Origin: Cenococcum geophilum
Lineage: Eukaryota
DNA: 64,000 nt
NCBI GenBank assembly: GCA_050273025.1
Contig: CP158636.1
Location: 11,284,001-11,348,000 of the forward strand
Direction of reading: 5' to 3'
A program made the translations under genes and the position numbers. Shown here piece after piece: positions 50,484 to 64,000 of this stretch. How positions within the stretch are numbered: the first letter of the stretch is position 1; every line of letters starts with the position of its first letter. Below the pieces are notes generated by a model. That model was not told the DNA's origin and made no database searches. It saw nothing but the letters and a program-made list of their open reading frames with translations.

Positions 50484-53400
50484 TTAAGCTATATATATAA
50501 ACTGTATAAGGAGGTTAAGACGTTATATAAGGAAAGAAGGTAAGAAAATAGAAAGAAAGGGTATATATTATAGACTTAGTTACTTAGTTAATACGTATAT
50601 AAAGCAGAATAGGATTTAGGTAATAGTCCTAGTAGAACTTAGCAGGATTTAGTAAAACTTAGTAAAACTTAGTAAAACTTAGTGGAATATAGCAGAATGC
50701 GGTAGGTTGCTATTAGATTGCCGCAGATTACTATTAGATTGCCGTCTTGTAGTTAATCTTTAGTTGCTAAGTTAGTGGAAACAGGTAGACGTATATAAGG
50801 TATTATAGGGGTGTCTTATAACACTAATGCATATTAAGCCGCCTTAGATGGATTTATATATATAGGACTATAGCGCCATAGCCTAGAGGCTGCATGCGTA
50901 GTATTATACGTAGTATAATACAATGGATAAAAAAAAGCTGTTAAAGTATATAGTATAAGACTATAAAATAGAATTAAAACTAGAAATAAGTTTAAGGTTT
51001 TTTCTAATTTATAAGCTAACTAAAGAAGAGTTTATTTAAGAAAACCTATAAAAGGGATATATTAGACTATTGCAGTTATTAATAGGATATCTAGTACTAT
51101 TCGTACTAAAGAAGAACGGAAAACTTAGGCTATATATCGACTATAGATAGTTAAATAGTATTATTAGAAAGGATAGATATCCTTTACCTTTAATTAGCGA
51201 AATTTAGGATTAAATAGGTAATGCGTAAATCTTTATAAAGATAGATCTGAGATAGGCGTACTATTAGATTAGAATTAAGAAAGGTAATAAATAGAAGGCA
51301 ACCTTTAGGTTAAAGAAAGGACTATATAAACTATTAGTTATATAATTTGGGCTTATAAACGCACTAGTAACGTTCTAAAAGTAAATTAATAGTATATTAG
51401 GAGAACACCTTAATATTATTATTATCTACTTAATAACTAAGAAAGAATATAGAGAATATATTAAATAAGTTTTAAAGAGACTATAAAAAGAATAGATCTT
51501 AGTAGCAATTAAGAAATATAAGTTCTTTATAAGAAAGACAGAATTTATTAAATTTATTATTAAATTAAGTTATATTAATATAGACCTAAAGAAGATTAAA
51601 GCTATAGTAAGTTAGTAAGAACTAGAGAATGTAACGCAATTAAGGTTATTTTAGGATTTTATAACTACTATAGGAGGTTTATAGCATAATAGTTAAAGAA
51701 TATTAAACCCTTTATAAGGCCTTTAAAGAAAGAGGACCTATAGGTTTAGGGAAATAAATAAAAGAAGTTATTTAAGGAACTTAAGGAGTTATTTACCTAG
51801 GAATTAATCCTCAAAATCTATTAACTAGGACTAGAGACAGTTATAGAAATAGATATATTAGACTTTATACTAAGAGCATATTTACTATTAAAGTATAGGA
51901 ATGCATAGCATCTAATAGTATACTATAGTTAAAAATTAACACTACTAGAATTAAACTACAACATCTATAATAAGGAGTTATTAGATATAGTTATAGCACT
52001 TAAAAAATAAAGAGCTTTCTTATAAGGTATAAAAAAACTATTTATAGTTAAGATAAATTAAAGAACTTAACTAAAGGTATGTTAGATAGGCAGAAATACT
52101 TATAGAATACTATTTTAAAATTTAGTATACTAAAGGCACTAAAAATATAAGAGTAGATATATTAAGCAGAAAAGCTAAACTAAAAAATAATAAGAAGCTA
52201 TTAGGAGCAATACTACACAGAGATAGTAATAGATTAATTAGGTATAGTTATCTTAAGATTATAGTAATTTAAGAGTACGAGCTACTAGAGAGTAATTAAA
52301 TAAAAAGGATTTAAGAAGTATAATTTAAGGACTTAGAAATGGACAAGTATAAGTAAAGAATAAATATATATATCCTAAGGGGAATAGTAGAAGAATTTAT
52401 TAAAGATTTTTATAAGGAAATAATATAGGGATATAATAGAGCAATAGGATTAGTATGAAGACTTTAAGAAGAATATATTATTTATAAAATCTAGGGCTTA
52501 GTAAGAAAAGTTATAAAAAAGTATTTAGATTGCTAAAGAAATAAGCCGACGAGGTATAAGCCGTATAAAAAGCTATAGCCTATTAATGTACTAGAACGTC
52601 TATAGGAGATAATATTATAGAACTTTATTATAAAGTTGTTAAAGTTAAGAAATCCTATTACCGGATAGAAGTATAATATAATCCTTATAATAGTAGATAA
52701 GTTAACTAAATAGGGCTACTTTATAGTATATATAGAAGAAATTTTAGCAGAGGATATTACTAGAATTTATATTAAAGAAGTGTTTATATTGTATAGAGTA
52801 CTAAGTAAGATTATATTAGATAGAGATCTAAGATTTATAATAGTATTTTAGGAAGTATTCTTAGCGGAGTAAGAAGTTAAAGTAGTAACTTTATATTATC
52901 TACAAATAAATAAATAAACAGAAAGATTAAATTAGACTCTAGAGCAGTATCTAAGATATTATATTAATTACGCGCAGAATAATTAGGTATTATTACTACT
53001 AGTTATATAGTTTATATATAATGCGATACTATAGGAAGGTATGAAGATATTACTATTTTAGGTAAATTATAGGCATAGGCCTAAAATATTGCTATTACTA
53101 AAATAAGTAAAGAAAATAAGTGGAATAGTAAAATAGAAAATAAAGACTTTAATAAACCTTTATAAGGACCTTTATTTTATAGTAAAATTAGTATAAAAAT
53201 ATAAAGAAGTACTATAATACTAAGAGATCTAAGGGACTAGATCTTAAGGAGGGGGATAAAGTATAGCTATTATATAAAAAATTTATAAGTTAATAACTAA
53301 GTAAGAAGTTAAACCACGTTAGACTAGGACTATTAAAAGTTATAGCTAAGATTTTAGAAGTTATATACAGACTTAACTTATTAGCGAAAATAAAAATCTA

Positions 53401-53853
53401 CTTTATATAGTATATTATAATACTAAAGCTAGCGTATAGAGACGTAGAGCCGCAAATTTATAAAGTAGACATGTATAGTGGATAAAAGGAAGATAAATAG
53501 CAGGTTTTAAAGACTATTAGTTATAAGGACATTAATAATAAAATATAGTATAAAGTAAAGTAGATAGGCTATAATAAGACTACCTAAAAACTACTATAAA
53601 ACTTAAAAAAACACTATAGGAAAGGTATAGAAGTATTAAAAAAGAACAAGTTAGGTAATATTAAGAAGGAGCTAAAGATAAAGGGATTAGTTAAGGGTAA
53701 TAGATAAGCTAAATTATCTAAGGGATCTACCGCTGGCGTATTAGTTATTTCTACCTTATCTTAATTAGAATCCTTTTTAGCCTTTTTAGCCTTAAGCCTA
53801 TAGAGACCTTACTTTATAAAACGGAACTCCTTAAAGCGCACCTTTTTATAAAC

Positions 53854-56800
53854 TGTAAGGGCGCGGAGAAGCTTTAGGGAAGATTTAAAGGAATAATATA
53901 AATTCTATCTAAATCTAAGGGTACATAGCTCTCGCTAAGAACAAGACATTGCGTAAGAAAGAGAAAGGAATAATAAGAGAATTATATAATTAAATAGTTA
54001 GGGGCTTAGTGGTTAATGCGTGCGTATATATACATGCGGTCTTTAACGGACTTTAGTAAAATTTAATTAATTTAGTAGAATTTGGTTAAAGCGTCGGAAT
54101 TTATCTATTAAGTATTTTATTAAGATATTCCTACTATAACTAGGCTAGTCCTATTATAGTACCCCCACTTTTAGCTAAAGGTCTAAATAATTTAATTTTA
54201 GTTAAGACTTATAACTTATTATATGTTATATTTTTGCGTTAGGTAGTAGTATAGGATTTTATTAATTCTATTATTAAATAGGCTAATTAGGATTTTCTAT
54301 TCCCGGAATAGAAAATCGTTATTAGCTTAGTTAATGCGGTAAGCAGAACTAATATCTTTATAGTAGGTCTTAGTAAGGCAAATCTAACTAATTAGATAAC
54401 TTTAACCGGTAGTTAAAGTTTCTTAATATCTTATATGTTATGTAATTGTATTATAAACGTTATAATATATTTTAAGTTCTTTTTAATTTTAAGCTTTCTA
54501 CTATTGTGTTTTATATATTTATATTAAGTAGTAATTATTTACTTTTATATTATATCTATCTAGCTAAAGTAGGCCGTAAAGGATAGTCTTTATAGAATTC
54601 TTTTACTAAGGAAGGTATATTAGTCTTAATTTGCTTATAAGGTTTTAGGTTTATATCTTATATCTTTTTTATTTAATAAGAAGTTTAAATTATTTAAACT
54701 ATGATTTTAATTATATATTATTAATTAAGTTAATAAAGTAAAAACTATTACCGTTATTAACAATTACGGGAGGTAGTAGTAGTACTTTATAAGTTATAGG
54801 TTTACCTTTTAAGGGTTACAGTAAGTTTATATAAAACGTTAAATATATTTTTATTTTAGTTAATAATTTAAGCTTATAAGCGTATAGGCTTAGTTTCTTC
54901 TTAATTTAGTATAGGCTTATAAACTTCTAGTTTAGTTTCTTTAAGGGTTATTAAGTCTTTAGGTTTTATATATTTAGGTAAACTATATTACCTCCCTTAA
55001 AGTCCTATATAGGAGCTTATTCTTTATTTATATACTATTCTTATACTGTTTAAGCGTACGCTAATTTACTTTATAATAGTTCCGTTAACTACTTTATTTA
55101 ATTAATAAAGTTATATATATTAATTAGTTAAATCCTCTTAATTATAGGTCCTATTATATTAATTTTAGGTTATAGTTTAAATCTAAGTTAAGGGTTTTAT
55201 CTGTAGGTTGCGTAGAACGGCGTTACGTCTATTAATTTATTTCTTATATTATTTATAGTAAACTTAGCTAAAGGTAGCTACTTTTCCTAGTTATCTTATA
55301 GGTAGGAGTAATATATTTATAGGTATTATTCTATTATCGCGTTTATAATTTTAGTTTAACTATTTATCTCTAAATAAAATATAGTTAAGAGTTATGTTTA
55401 TATATTTAATTATTTATATTGGGCTTACTAGAAATCTAAAATAAACTAGCTTTTATAGTTAAATATTATTAAACCAGGAAGTCTATATAGCTTAAAGATA
55501 TACTTAATAAAACATTTAGCTACTAATATTATATTAATTAAGTCTATAGGAATTATATATTGCATTTTTATAAACCTATTACTATTAGGCAGGTTAACTA
55601 TAAAGTTAATTAAAATATCTCGCTATCTTTGCATTGGAATTGGCAATAGTTAAAGTACTCCTTACTTCTTTATATAAGAGGTCTTCCTATATACGCATAT
55701 TCTATATACTTAAACGTATTTTTATATATAGTTATATATTATAAGCTAGTAATATATTTATTAGATAATTTTATAAGTCTTTATATAGCTAGGATGCCCT
55801 ACTATAGGGGAATTATATATAAATTTAAGTATCTTAAATTATAAGGGTTTAGAATTCAGGATTCCTATCTTCTATTAATAGTATAACCAATTATAACAGA
55901 TTTCGCATTTAGTGAGTATAATATCCTTATATTACCGTTTCTCTATTTAAATTACTTTTATTATATTTACTATCTAAGGGTTATTCTTATATTTATACTC
56001 TATTAATTTATTAATTTTTATATCCTACTTATTAATTTCTAATTTATTTTTATTAAGCTCCATATTTAAAAATATAGGCTATAGTTTCTTAAGGCGTTTA
56101 AAGGGTAGTAGAATTTATAATTCGTTTGTTAAAGGCATTTATAAATAAGTCCTATAATTATTATATTAATAAGATAGGCTTTTAATTAAGTTTACTAGGT
56201 TAGTATATAATCTTAAAGTTAAATTATAAAAGGTATTTAGCCTAATAAATTTTGCGCTATATTAATTGCTTTGTAGTTATAAGGTACTATAGGTTTTTAT
56301 AGTCCGTTAATATATATATTAGGAATAATAATCCTTTAAGTTCTAGGCGCCATTATTTAAAGTATTTAATAATTATAAGTAGTTCATTATATATCTTATA
56401 GTTTAATTTAGTAGGGGTAAGTTTCTAGGAGAGAAAGGCTACTAAGTATAGCTTGCCGTTCTTATTATATTATAATAATACTTCTTCTAGTATATAATTA
56501 GACGAGTTTGTTTTAATAATATATTTAAGATCTAAATTAAAGTAGGTAAAAATTAGAGCAGTTATAAAACAATATTTTAGGTTATTAAACGCTTATTTAT
56601 ATTTAGTAATCTATTTAAATCTTATATTTTTCCTTATTAAGTTTACTAATAGCTAAATAATTTTTAAAAAGTAATTAATAAATTAATAATAAAAATTTGT
56701 AAATCTTAGAAATCCTTAAATATCTTATATACTACTAGGACTTTCCTAGTTTATAATTATATTAATTTTCTTAGGGTTTATTTTAATTCCGTTATAGGAT

Positions 56801-59268
56801 ATAATTAGGCCTAAGTATATAACTTTAAACGCATAGAACTTGCATTTCTTAATATCGCATTATAAGCCCGCGTCTTATAGGCGTTTAAGGACTATTTAAA
56901 CGTGCTTCTAATACTTAGAAAGTAAAGATAAATAAATTAAGATATTATTAATATACGCGGTAATAAATATATTAATAAATTCGCGAAGTATATTATTAAC
57001 GTATTACTAAAATATACTAGGACCGTTTTTTATACTAAATAGTATTACTAGGTATTTAAAAAGTCCCTATTATATATAGAAAGCTATATACTATTTATCT
57101 CCTTTATAAACACAGATCTAATTAAAGGTAGTAACTACGTTAAGCTTTATAAAGTATTATACTTTTACTAAATAGTTAAGCGTTTCTTTAAGTAGAGAAA
57201 TTAGATATTAGTTTTAAATTATAATTATATTTAGGGCTTAATAATTAATATAGAACCTTAAGCCTCCTCTAAGTTTCTTAATAAATAGTATAAGTAAGAT
57301 AAATAGTAATTAACTAGGGCGAATAAATCCTTTCTTTAGGTGCTCTTTAAGGTATTATTATATTATAAGTAGCTCTTCTTATAATATACCGTGTAATAGG
57401 CCAAACTTTAGCGTTATACTAGGTTTAAGTTTTATTTTAAAATTATGCTTATTTTAATATAGGGGTAGTTAGTTTATAAATTGTTTCTTAAACGTATTAG
57501 TTAGATTATAATATTCTTTAGGTATAAGGGGTTAGGGGTTAATATATTGCTTTAGTTCTAACGCCTTCTTAATATCTTTTAGTGTTATAGTAAAGATCTT
57601 ATAGTCTTATTTTCTTACTAATAAATAAAAGGGTGCGGCTTATACTATATAAATTTTAAGGAGTTTAAATATATTATCTTTATATTCTTTACCGTAATTA
57701 TTATATTAGTTTAAAGTTTATAGTAAGGGTAATTTATATTATATTATATTTAAATAGTCGTATGCATATTTATAAGGTAAGTAGTATTTTAAGTAATAAA
57801 TTTAGTAGTAAGTTATACGGAATTTTAGTATTTCTTTAACCTAGCTAATTAAAGGGTTATATTATTTTAGCTATTTATATCTAAGTATTACCTTATAATA
57901 CTTTAATGGTATTATAAATAGGGAAATATATTTAAGGTATTTGCTTATCTACATCTTTATAAAAGCGTAGTGCGTTAATTCGCCATATATTAAAGGCTTA
58001 CTATTAAAGCCTTATAGGCCTTAGGGCTTATTAAGTTTTTTTTAAATTTAAGCGTTAAGTTTTTGCGTAGTTTATATTAATAAAGCCTATACTAGTAGCT
58101 CTACTACCTATAAGAATTTATACTTCCTTTTATTTTCTAAGTATTTAAATTTTACTAAGTATATTAAGGGAGTTATATTATATATTAACACTAAAAGAGC
58201 CTAGATACTTATATTTTTTCACTTCTTATTTTAAGGCGCGACTTAGCCCTAAAATAATTTATTTTTTAAATTAACTAAAGGTAAGACGCTTTATAGTAAC
58301 TAAGTATAATTTATAAAATACATATAATTTAAGGACTAAGAGGAACTACGTCGGACCTTTTTAAAAGGGTAAGTTTGATAATTCCTTTAAATATATCCCT
58401 TTTTACTACATATAAAGCATTCTCTATTTACGGCTTAAGTTCTTTATTTATTAGTTCTTAAGGGTATATAAAATTAGGTAGTATTAAGGTCTATAAGGTT
58501 ATATATAGGGCTTTTAGGTCTTAGAGATGGGTCGCGCTTTAGGGTATATACTAGTTTTTTTTAAGTTTTAAACGTAAGGTATAGTTAGCTTTAGGGAATA
58601 AGTTTATTTATTATATTAAAGGTCCTTATTAATTCGTTAATATATTATAGCAAATTTAGGTAAGTCCTTTAGCAGTTCTCTACCTACTAACTATACTCTA
58701 ATTTTATCTAAAATAGCTTAATAGAGAGTAGTAACTCTAGTGGCTTTATTCTAATCTAGTTTACTAATAAGACCTCAAAATTCTAAAAAGAAGCTAGTAA
58801 AGTCTTAGTTTTATTATTATAGGTTTTTAAGTTTGGTAATAGCTATATATTCGCGGCTAGCGTTATTATATATTTATTCTAGTAAAGAAATAAAGATTTT
58901 AAAATTAATAAAGGTGCTATTATAAAAGAATAAGTCTATAGTTTATATAGTATCTTTACTTAAATAAGACATTCTATAGCTAATCTTGCTAGCTTTAGTA
59001 GGGGATTAGTTATAGTTTATTAAAAGTTTAAGATAGAGCTTAATTATAAAGGGACGTAGGTTATTTTAATTTCTATTAAATATTAGAGGGTTAGGGAGCT
59101 TTTTAGATTTTATAGTAGGTACTAGGTTTTTTATAGGTATAAGTTAAGCTACTATTACTATTTTAGGGTTTATATATAGTTATTTTAATTTTATTTATAG
59201 GTATTATTATTAGGGTATTTAATATAAATGCTTTAAGGTTATAGAGTTCTTTATAAATTGTTTCTATT
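53854..59268 (-). mobile_element. Gypsy-A copy 2 (3' LTR 53854-54158, pol, most of gag; 5' end beyond the Copia insertion and window)
   Basis: Reverse complement of the reassembled copy 1, lacking all four insertions found in copy 1; PPT complement gtacccccactttt at 54159. Confidence 0.92.
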
Positions 59269-62200
59269 TATCGGGAATGAGGCAAGCGGTCGTCACGTGT
59301 CGCCGCGGCACTAGCGTGGCGAGGAGCCTTAAGCTCCTCGCCCTTCCTCATTCCAATCAAAAAGCTTTATTAACCAACATCACTGTAACCTACTCAAGTA
59401 GTCATTATTGGTGAGTCACCCTGTGTAACCAACACTGATTAGTGGTTAAATACATAGTTAACTATAGAGCAGCTAGGTTTTTGAATAGAAGAGACAGTCT
59501 TGTGTAGGGGTGCTATATACGCTTATATGGAATGGATCCCGGCGATACCGTGCTACCTTAGACTTATAGAAAACTAGTAATAGAAGTATCACTAAGTACT
59601 AGGAGATACTAAGTTGCGTCTATTATATAGAACAACCGCGTTTACGAAGATTTAGTTGAGTACTTTAGGTCAGAAGTGTTACTAAACCTAAGGTCCTAAG
59701 TTAACGTCTAAAACGCGTCGAACAACATCTTAAATTGCCTACCTTTTGACAGCAAACCTATGAGATCCTATAAAACCGAAAATCCTACCTACCTTTGACG
59801 TACGATACCCCGTTAATTCTATACCTACTATGGCGTTAACCTACCTAAAGAAGTATGAGGAAGACATTAACCTAAAGATATAGAATAAAGCTATAATTGA
59901 CCTTGCAAACGCTAATGAATAAGACTTAAATAGATTTTTATTACACTATATAGCATATTATAAGGATAGTGAATATAAAAATACCGCGCTATGGGAATGT
60001 ATAAAGGAGGACTTTATTAGATAGATAAAGGAAATATAGGCCCCCGTAAATAAGGATATTGTATAGGACTTCTATAACTTCCTTTGGGAGAATAGAGTAT
60101 TTGTCCCTAAGGACGGGGGTACTATTAGAGATAATATTTAGGAGTAGGTTCTTAACGTAAAAGAAGAGCACAAATAAACTATATAAGAGATTGAGCACTA
60201 ACTACGCACTATAAGGAAGCTTAACTTACGATGGAATCTAAGTAATATACTATAAGAGACGCGTTCTAATTCTATTGCTCTAGGCATAAGTTCTTCCGTT
60301 CTGTATCTATCGCCTCTACCTCTATTTTTAGTTCCCTAGAATCCACTAATTTAACCTATAATTTTAACTACTGCCTCTTAACACGAGCAAGCACAAGATC
60401 CCCTTGCTTCGCGATTTACTAACCTTTAGACTCTACCGACTAGACCTACGTCCCTACTATAGCCTGTAATGCAACTCCTACCTCCTCTATCTTAATCTTA
60501 AATTGGAGGTAGTTTAAAATTGCTTATAGAGCTTACAAAGCTCTATTTAGATTAGGAGAAGAAGTTTAGCAGGGAATTATACGATATTCTTAATTCGAAA
60601 CTACGTATCTTCTATAACTATTGCTAGAAGGTAGGAATAGAGTCTAATTAATACCATAACGCCTATTCCGTTATGCTTAAGGGCCAAGCTAGTACCTTTT
60701 ATTATAATTATTTGGTAGGAAAAGGATATAATTTTAACCGCATGATATATAAGTTAAGATGCCACTTTAAAACAGAAGAGAATAAGTAGCAGTATATGTT
60801 AGAATGGAGAGAGACTACTTTCCTAAGGATTATTACTATAAACCTAGGTATCCCTCGGCTTAATTATCTTTAAAAGCTCTTTAATTAACTTTAGACGATT
60901 TAGTATAGTTTATCTAAATTATATTAAGAGGACTTTAGCCTACGTAATTAAGTTATTAGCGTATGTTAAGGTATTAAAGAATATAACCTTACTCTCTTTA
61001 ATCCTATAAATACTTATAAAGGAGTATATACTTAATTAAGATTTTTTATTAGCACCGCTCTACGCTCTTAAGAAGTATAGTAATTTAACACCTAACTCTA
61101 ACCTACTTTAATTAACCCGCCTAACTAATATAATTATAACTAGACTAATCAAATATATAGTGGCTAGGGTAGGCAATATAGTAGAGGGTATAATTAATAA
61201 CTATAAGGTAAAGGTGGAGGTCCTTATAGAGGTTTATTTTAAAGTAATTACTAGAAGAAGTGCTATATTTATAAGAAACCGAATTGCTAGTTAATTAGGC
61301 ATTCTCTTAATAAACAAAAGGAGGTATATAATAAGTTCCGCTAGAGTGTAAGAAACGTTAAAAATTATAAAGTTACTATGGCCTACTTTTAAAGCTTCCT
61401 AGTTTAATATAAAGGCGTAGAAGATCTTAAGGGTAAGGTTAATAAGGCTAAATAGCTCCTTATAGATATAGAAATTGAGGAGTACTTACCTAACCAATAC
61501 TTTACTAAGTATAGTAAGGTAGATGGTATATAAACCATTACTATTCTTAATAACTAATCTACGCTCCATTTTACTATAAAGTTAGATATCTTTAATAAGC
61601 CAAAGGAGAGTTCTGCGTTCTCCTTTAATAACAGATACTTAGCGAACGTCTTCTATAGTATTATACCAGATACTAAAGCCGTAGGAGTATCTATAGTAGG
61701 AGAACCTTAAGTTTGAGCCCTTTAGCAGCTTAATAGCTCTGTTTAGATTAACTATTTAACGGCAGGCTAATACACGATTCGTTTTAGCAAGGGTACTATA
61801 ATCTTTATTAGCACAATTAGGGTCTAAACCCCCTTAGGGTATATTACCTTTTACGTTATTTCTATAAACACCCCATTTCTATTTTATATTAGAGATATAG
61901 ATAAATTAGGCGTTAAGCTTAATAACCTTAAGAATATACTCATTTAGGGAGATAATTAGGTGCCCGTTATACGCAAGTAGGGTTACCTCTAGTTACTTCT
62001 TTATTAACTAGAAAAGAGTATTGCTTAGAGCCATTTAACTAAGTTAGAGTTACGTTAACTATACCGTTATTTTAGCCACCTATCCGTTTACTAATTACTT
62101 AGGGTTCTTTAGCGGGTAGGCCATAAAGTTAAGGTTAAGGTAATTAAGCATCTTATAAAGTACTACTATTAATGCTAAATAAACCAGAAGTCCCCTAGCC

Positions 62201-64000
62201 GATTTAAGTTTACCTTTAAAGATAACTACGACTTTAACTTCTATATCATTATTAACGTTATATATTTTAGCGGCAAGCTAGTACTCCAAGTTATTAACTT
62301 CTTAACCTCCTTCTAAGCCGCACGATTCTTAAAGGATATATTAGCTAGGAATATATAGGATATATTAGCTAAGAATATATAGGATACCCTTTATTATACT
62401 AGATCGATATCTACCTAAGACCCCCTAATTAAATTATCTATAATATAGAAAAGAACTTCTTATCTATAGAGTTTTAATAATAGATAAAGGTAATGGTAAT
62501 TGAGGTTAAGGAAGTCCCTATTAAGGCACATAATAGTATTAGAAAAGTAGAACGATATTATATACCATTACGCCGCGTATATAAGATTATCTCTTTAAAA
62601 CTAGAGGACGCTAGTAAAAAACTTACCTTGCAAATAGCTATTAAAGCTATTAATAATTCCACTGGCCTAGATAGACTCATACCTATATTGCTAGTCTTTA
62701 GCGCCTACCCTTAAATAACTAAAAATTCTCTACTATCTCCCTCCATTATATAATAAGCTAAGGCTATTTACAAGGCAACAAAGGAGGTACGACGTCTCTA
62801 CGCTATACGCTAGGTCAACAACGTACTAGGAATAAGAAATGGCCCAAATACCTTAACTACGCTTAATCTGCCACTTTAGTCTAAGGTACGCGTATAGCGT
62901 AAAAAGGGAGGATAGTTAGGCCTATATTAACTTATTACAATTAATAGTTAAACTTATACTATTTAGATGCCTTATAGACCCACTTAATTCCATTTAACTG
63001 TTATTAAGCCTTACTATAAAGATAACAGTTTTAAGCCTTTATAGGATACTATAGAAGATGCCCTAGAGGAGAGCCATGATTAACGTGCTCTAGAAGGCGA
63101 CCATAATCCTAATATAATTGTAGTAGATACGCCGCAACTATAACGCGGTAGAGGTCGCCTAAAGGAATCACAAAATTGCTAACATCTTATTAATTTTAAA
63201 GAGCAATTTGTTGCCGCTATCGAGAATAAAGTTAAGCTATTAATGGCCTTTATAACAGCTAAGGAGAAGGCTAACTTCGAACTTGTAAAATAGCTCTAAA
63301 AGGAAGGTCGTATTATAACTCCAGGAGCTCCTTTCTAAGTATCCGATAAGCAGGAGATTAATAATCTTATTATAAGAGGGGTCTTTAAATTTAAGAAGTA
63401 TAACCCTACTAAGTTTAATAAAGTTCGCATCTTTAAGTTAAGAATAGTTAATAAGATTAAAGGTAAAGCTACTAATGCCCTATTTAAGAAATCAAGGCTT
63501 ATTATCTAAGGCTATAATAATAATAGTAAGGAGGTAATTCTTATATAATCTCCCACGATTTAACAAGCCAGTTAGTAAGTTATTATTACACTAGCTCCCT
63601 CCCTAATAAAGAATAGAATAGCAGTCTATTTATAAGATATTACTTAGGCCTACACCCAATTAAAGACGCACCTTTAGCGCTTAATATTAGCATACCTTTT
63701 AGAGTAAATTCGCCACTAATACTCCGAAGATACGATTATAGTTATGCTTAAGCCATTATATAGAATTGCAGAGGTAGGAACTTACTAGTGGGCTACCTAT
63801 AGCAAGTACTATAAAGAGAAGCTTTTAATAACTACTTCTATATTTAATCCATGCTTCCTTATTATAACTACAGGAACTCTATTTAGAATTATTAGCATAT
63901 AAATTAACGATATAATTATTTTAGGAGATAACCGATTCTTAGCTCTTAAAGAAGACAAGCTAGTAAAGGTAAATCTTATAGTAAAGCTAAAGGAAAAGCT
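59269..64000 (+). mobile_element. Copia copy 2 (5' LTR 59269-59434, gag, protease, integrase, start of RT; runs off window)
   Basis: Colinear with 33013-39760 minus the ORF1-only insertion. Confidence 0.92.

Larger units (their letters stand above)
3508..50823 (-). mobile_element. Gypsy-B chromovirus LTR retrotransposon (own sequence 3508-12724 plus 50489-50823)
   Basis: LTRs at 3508-3897 and 12670-12724/50489-50823. TSD ctagt (3503-3507) / ctaat (50824-50828, one RIP change). PPT complement gtacccctccttt follows 3897. Confidence 0.9.
2432..50931 (+). mobile_element. Non-autonomous SINE-like retroposon X (~1.2 kb; pieces 2432-3507 and 50829-50931), split by Gypsy-B
   Basis: TSD aaaaagctgttaaagt at 2416-2431 and 50932-50947 (empty site at ~19550). 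It ends ...gtataatacaatggat(A)n, and its last ~110 bp match the tails of the ORF1-only elements. Confidence 0.85.
1484..53853 (+). mobile_element. Gypsy-C copy 1 (outermost host; own sequence only 1484-2431 and ~50932-53853)
   Basis: 1484-2431 matches 18588-19565 (gag end, protease LIDSG). ~50932-53640 continues with RT, RNase H, integrase and chromodomain homologous to Gypsy-C copy 2. Interrupted at 53854 by the Gypsy-A copy 2 LTR. Confidence 0.9.

Noticed and set aside
62493..62714. 73-aa ORF as an independent gene
   Set aside because: It is a stop-free fragment of the Copia integrase core.

Overview
The window is entirely transposon-derived, AT-rich DNA with no host genes. TpA excess and in-frame TAA/TAG where CAA/CAG/TGG are expected indicate repeat-induced point mutation (RIP), pointing to filamentous ascomycete heterochromatin. 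Matching LTRs and target-site duplications (TSDs) resolve a nest up to six layers deep. It contains three chromodomain Ty3/Gypsy families (labelled A x2, B x1, C x3), one Ty1/Copia family (x2), a Tad1-like LINE, an impala-like Tc1 (DD34E) element, a 141-bp MITE and a satellite-filled TIR element. The most unusual content is the non-LTR elements. (1) Two begin at, or within 1 nt of, an HDV-like self-cleaving ribozyme fold (1399-1483 minus; 31127-31240 plus). (2) One of these is a 930-bp, apparently non-coding SINE-like element whose 3' tail is homologous to the tail of the LINE in this window. (3) A second non-autonomous group shares a different stem-loop/poly(A) tail: two ORF1(gag)-only retroposons and a non-coding element carrying a tandem hairpin array. 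The Copia and Gypsy-A families also share a 3'-UTR module with a long palindrome. All calls were made by eye; motifs are often inferred by reverting RIP changes.
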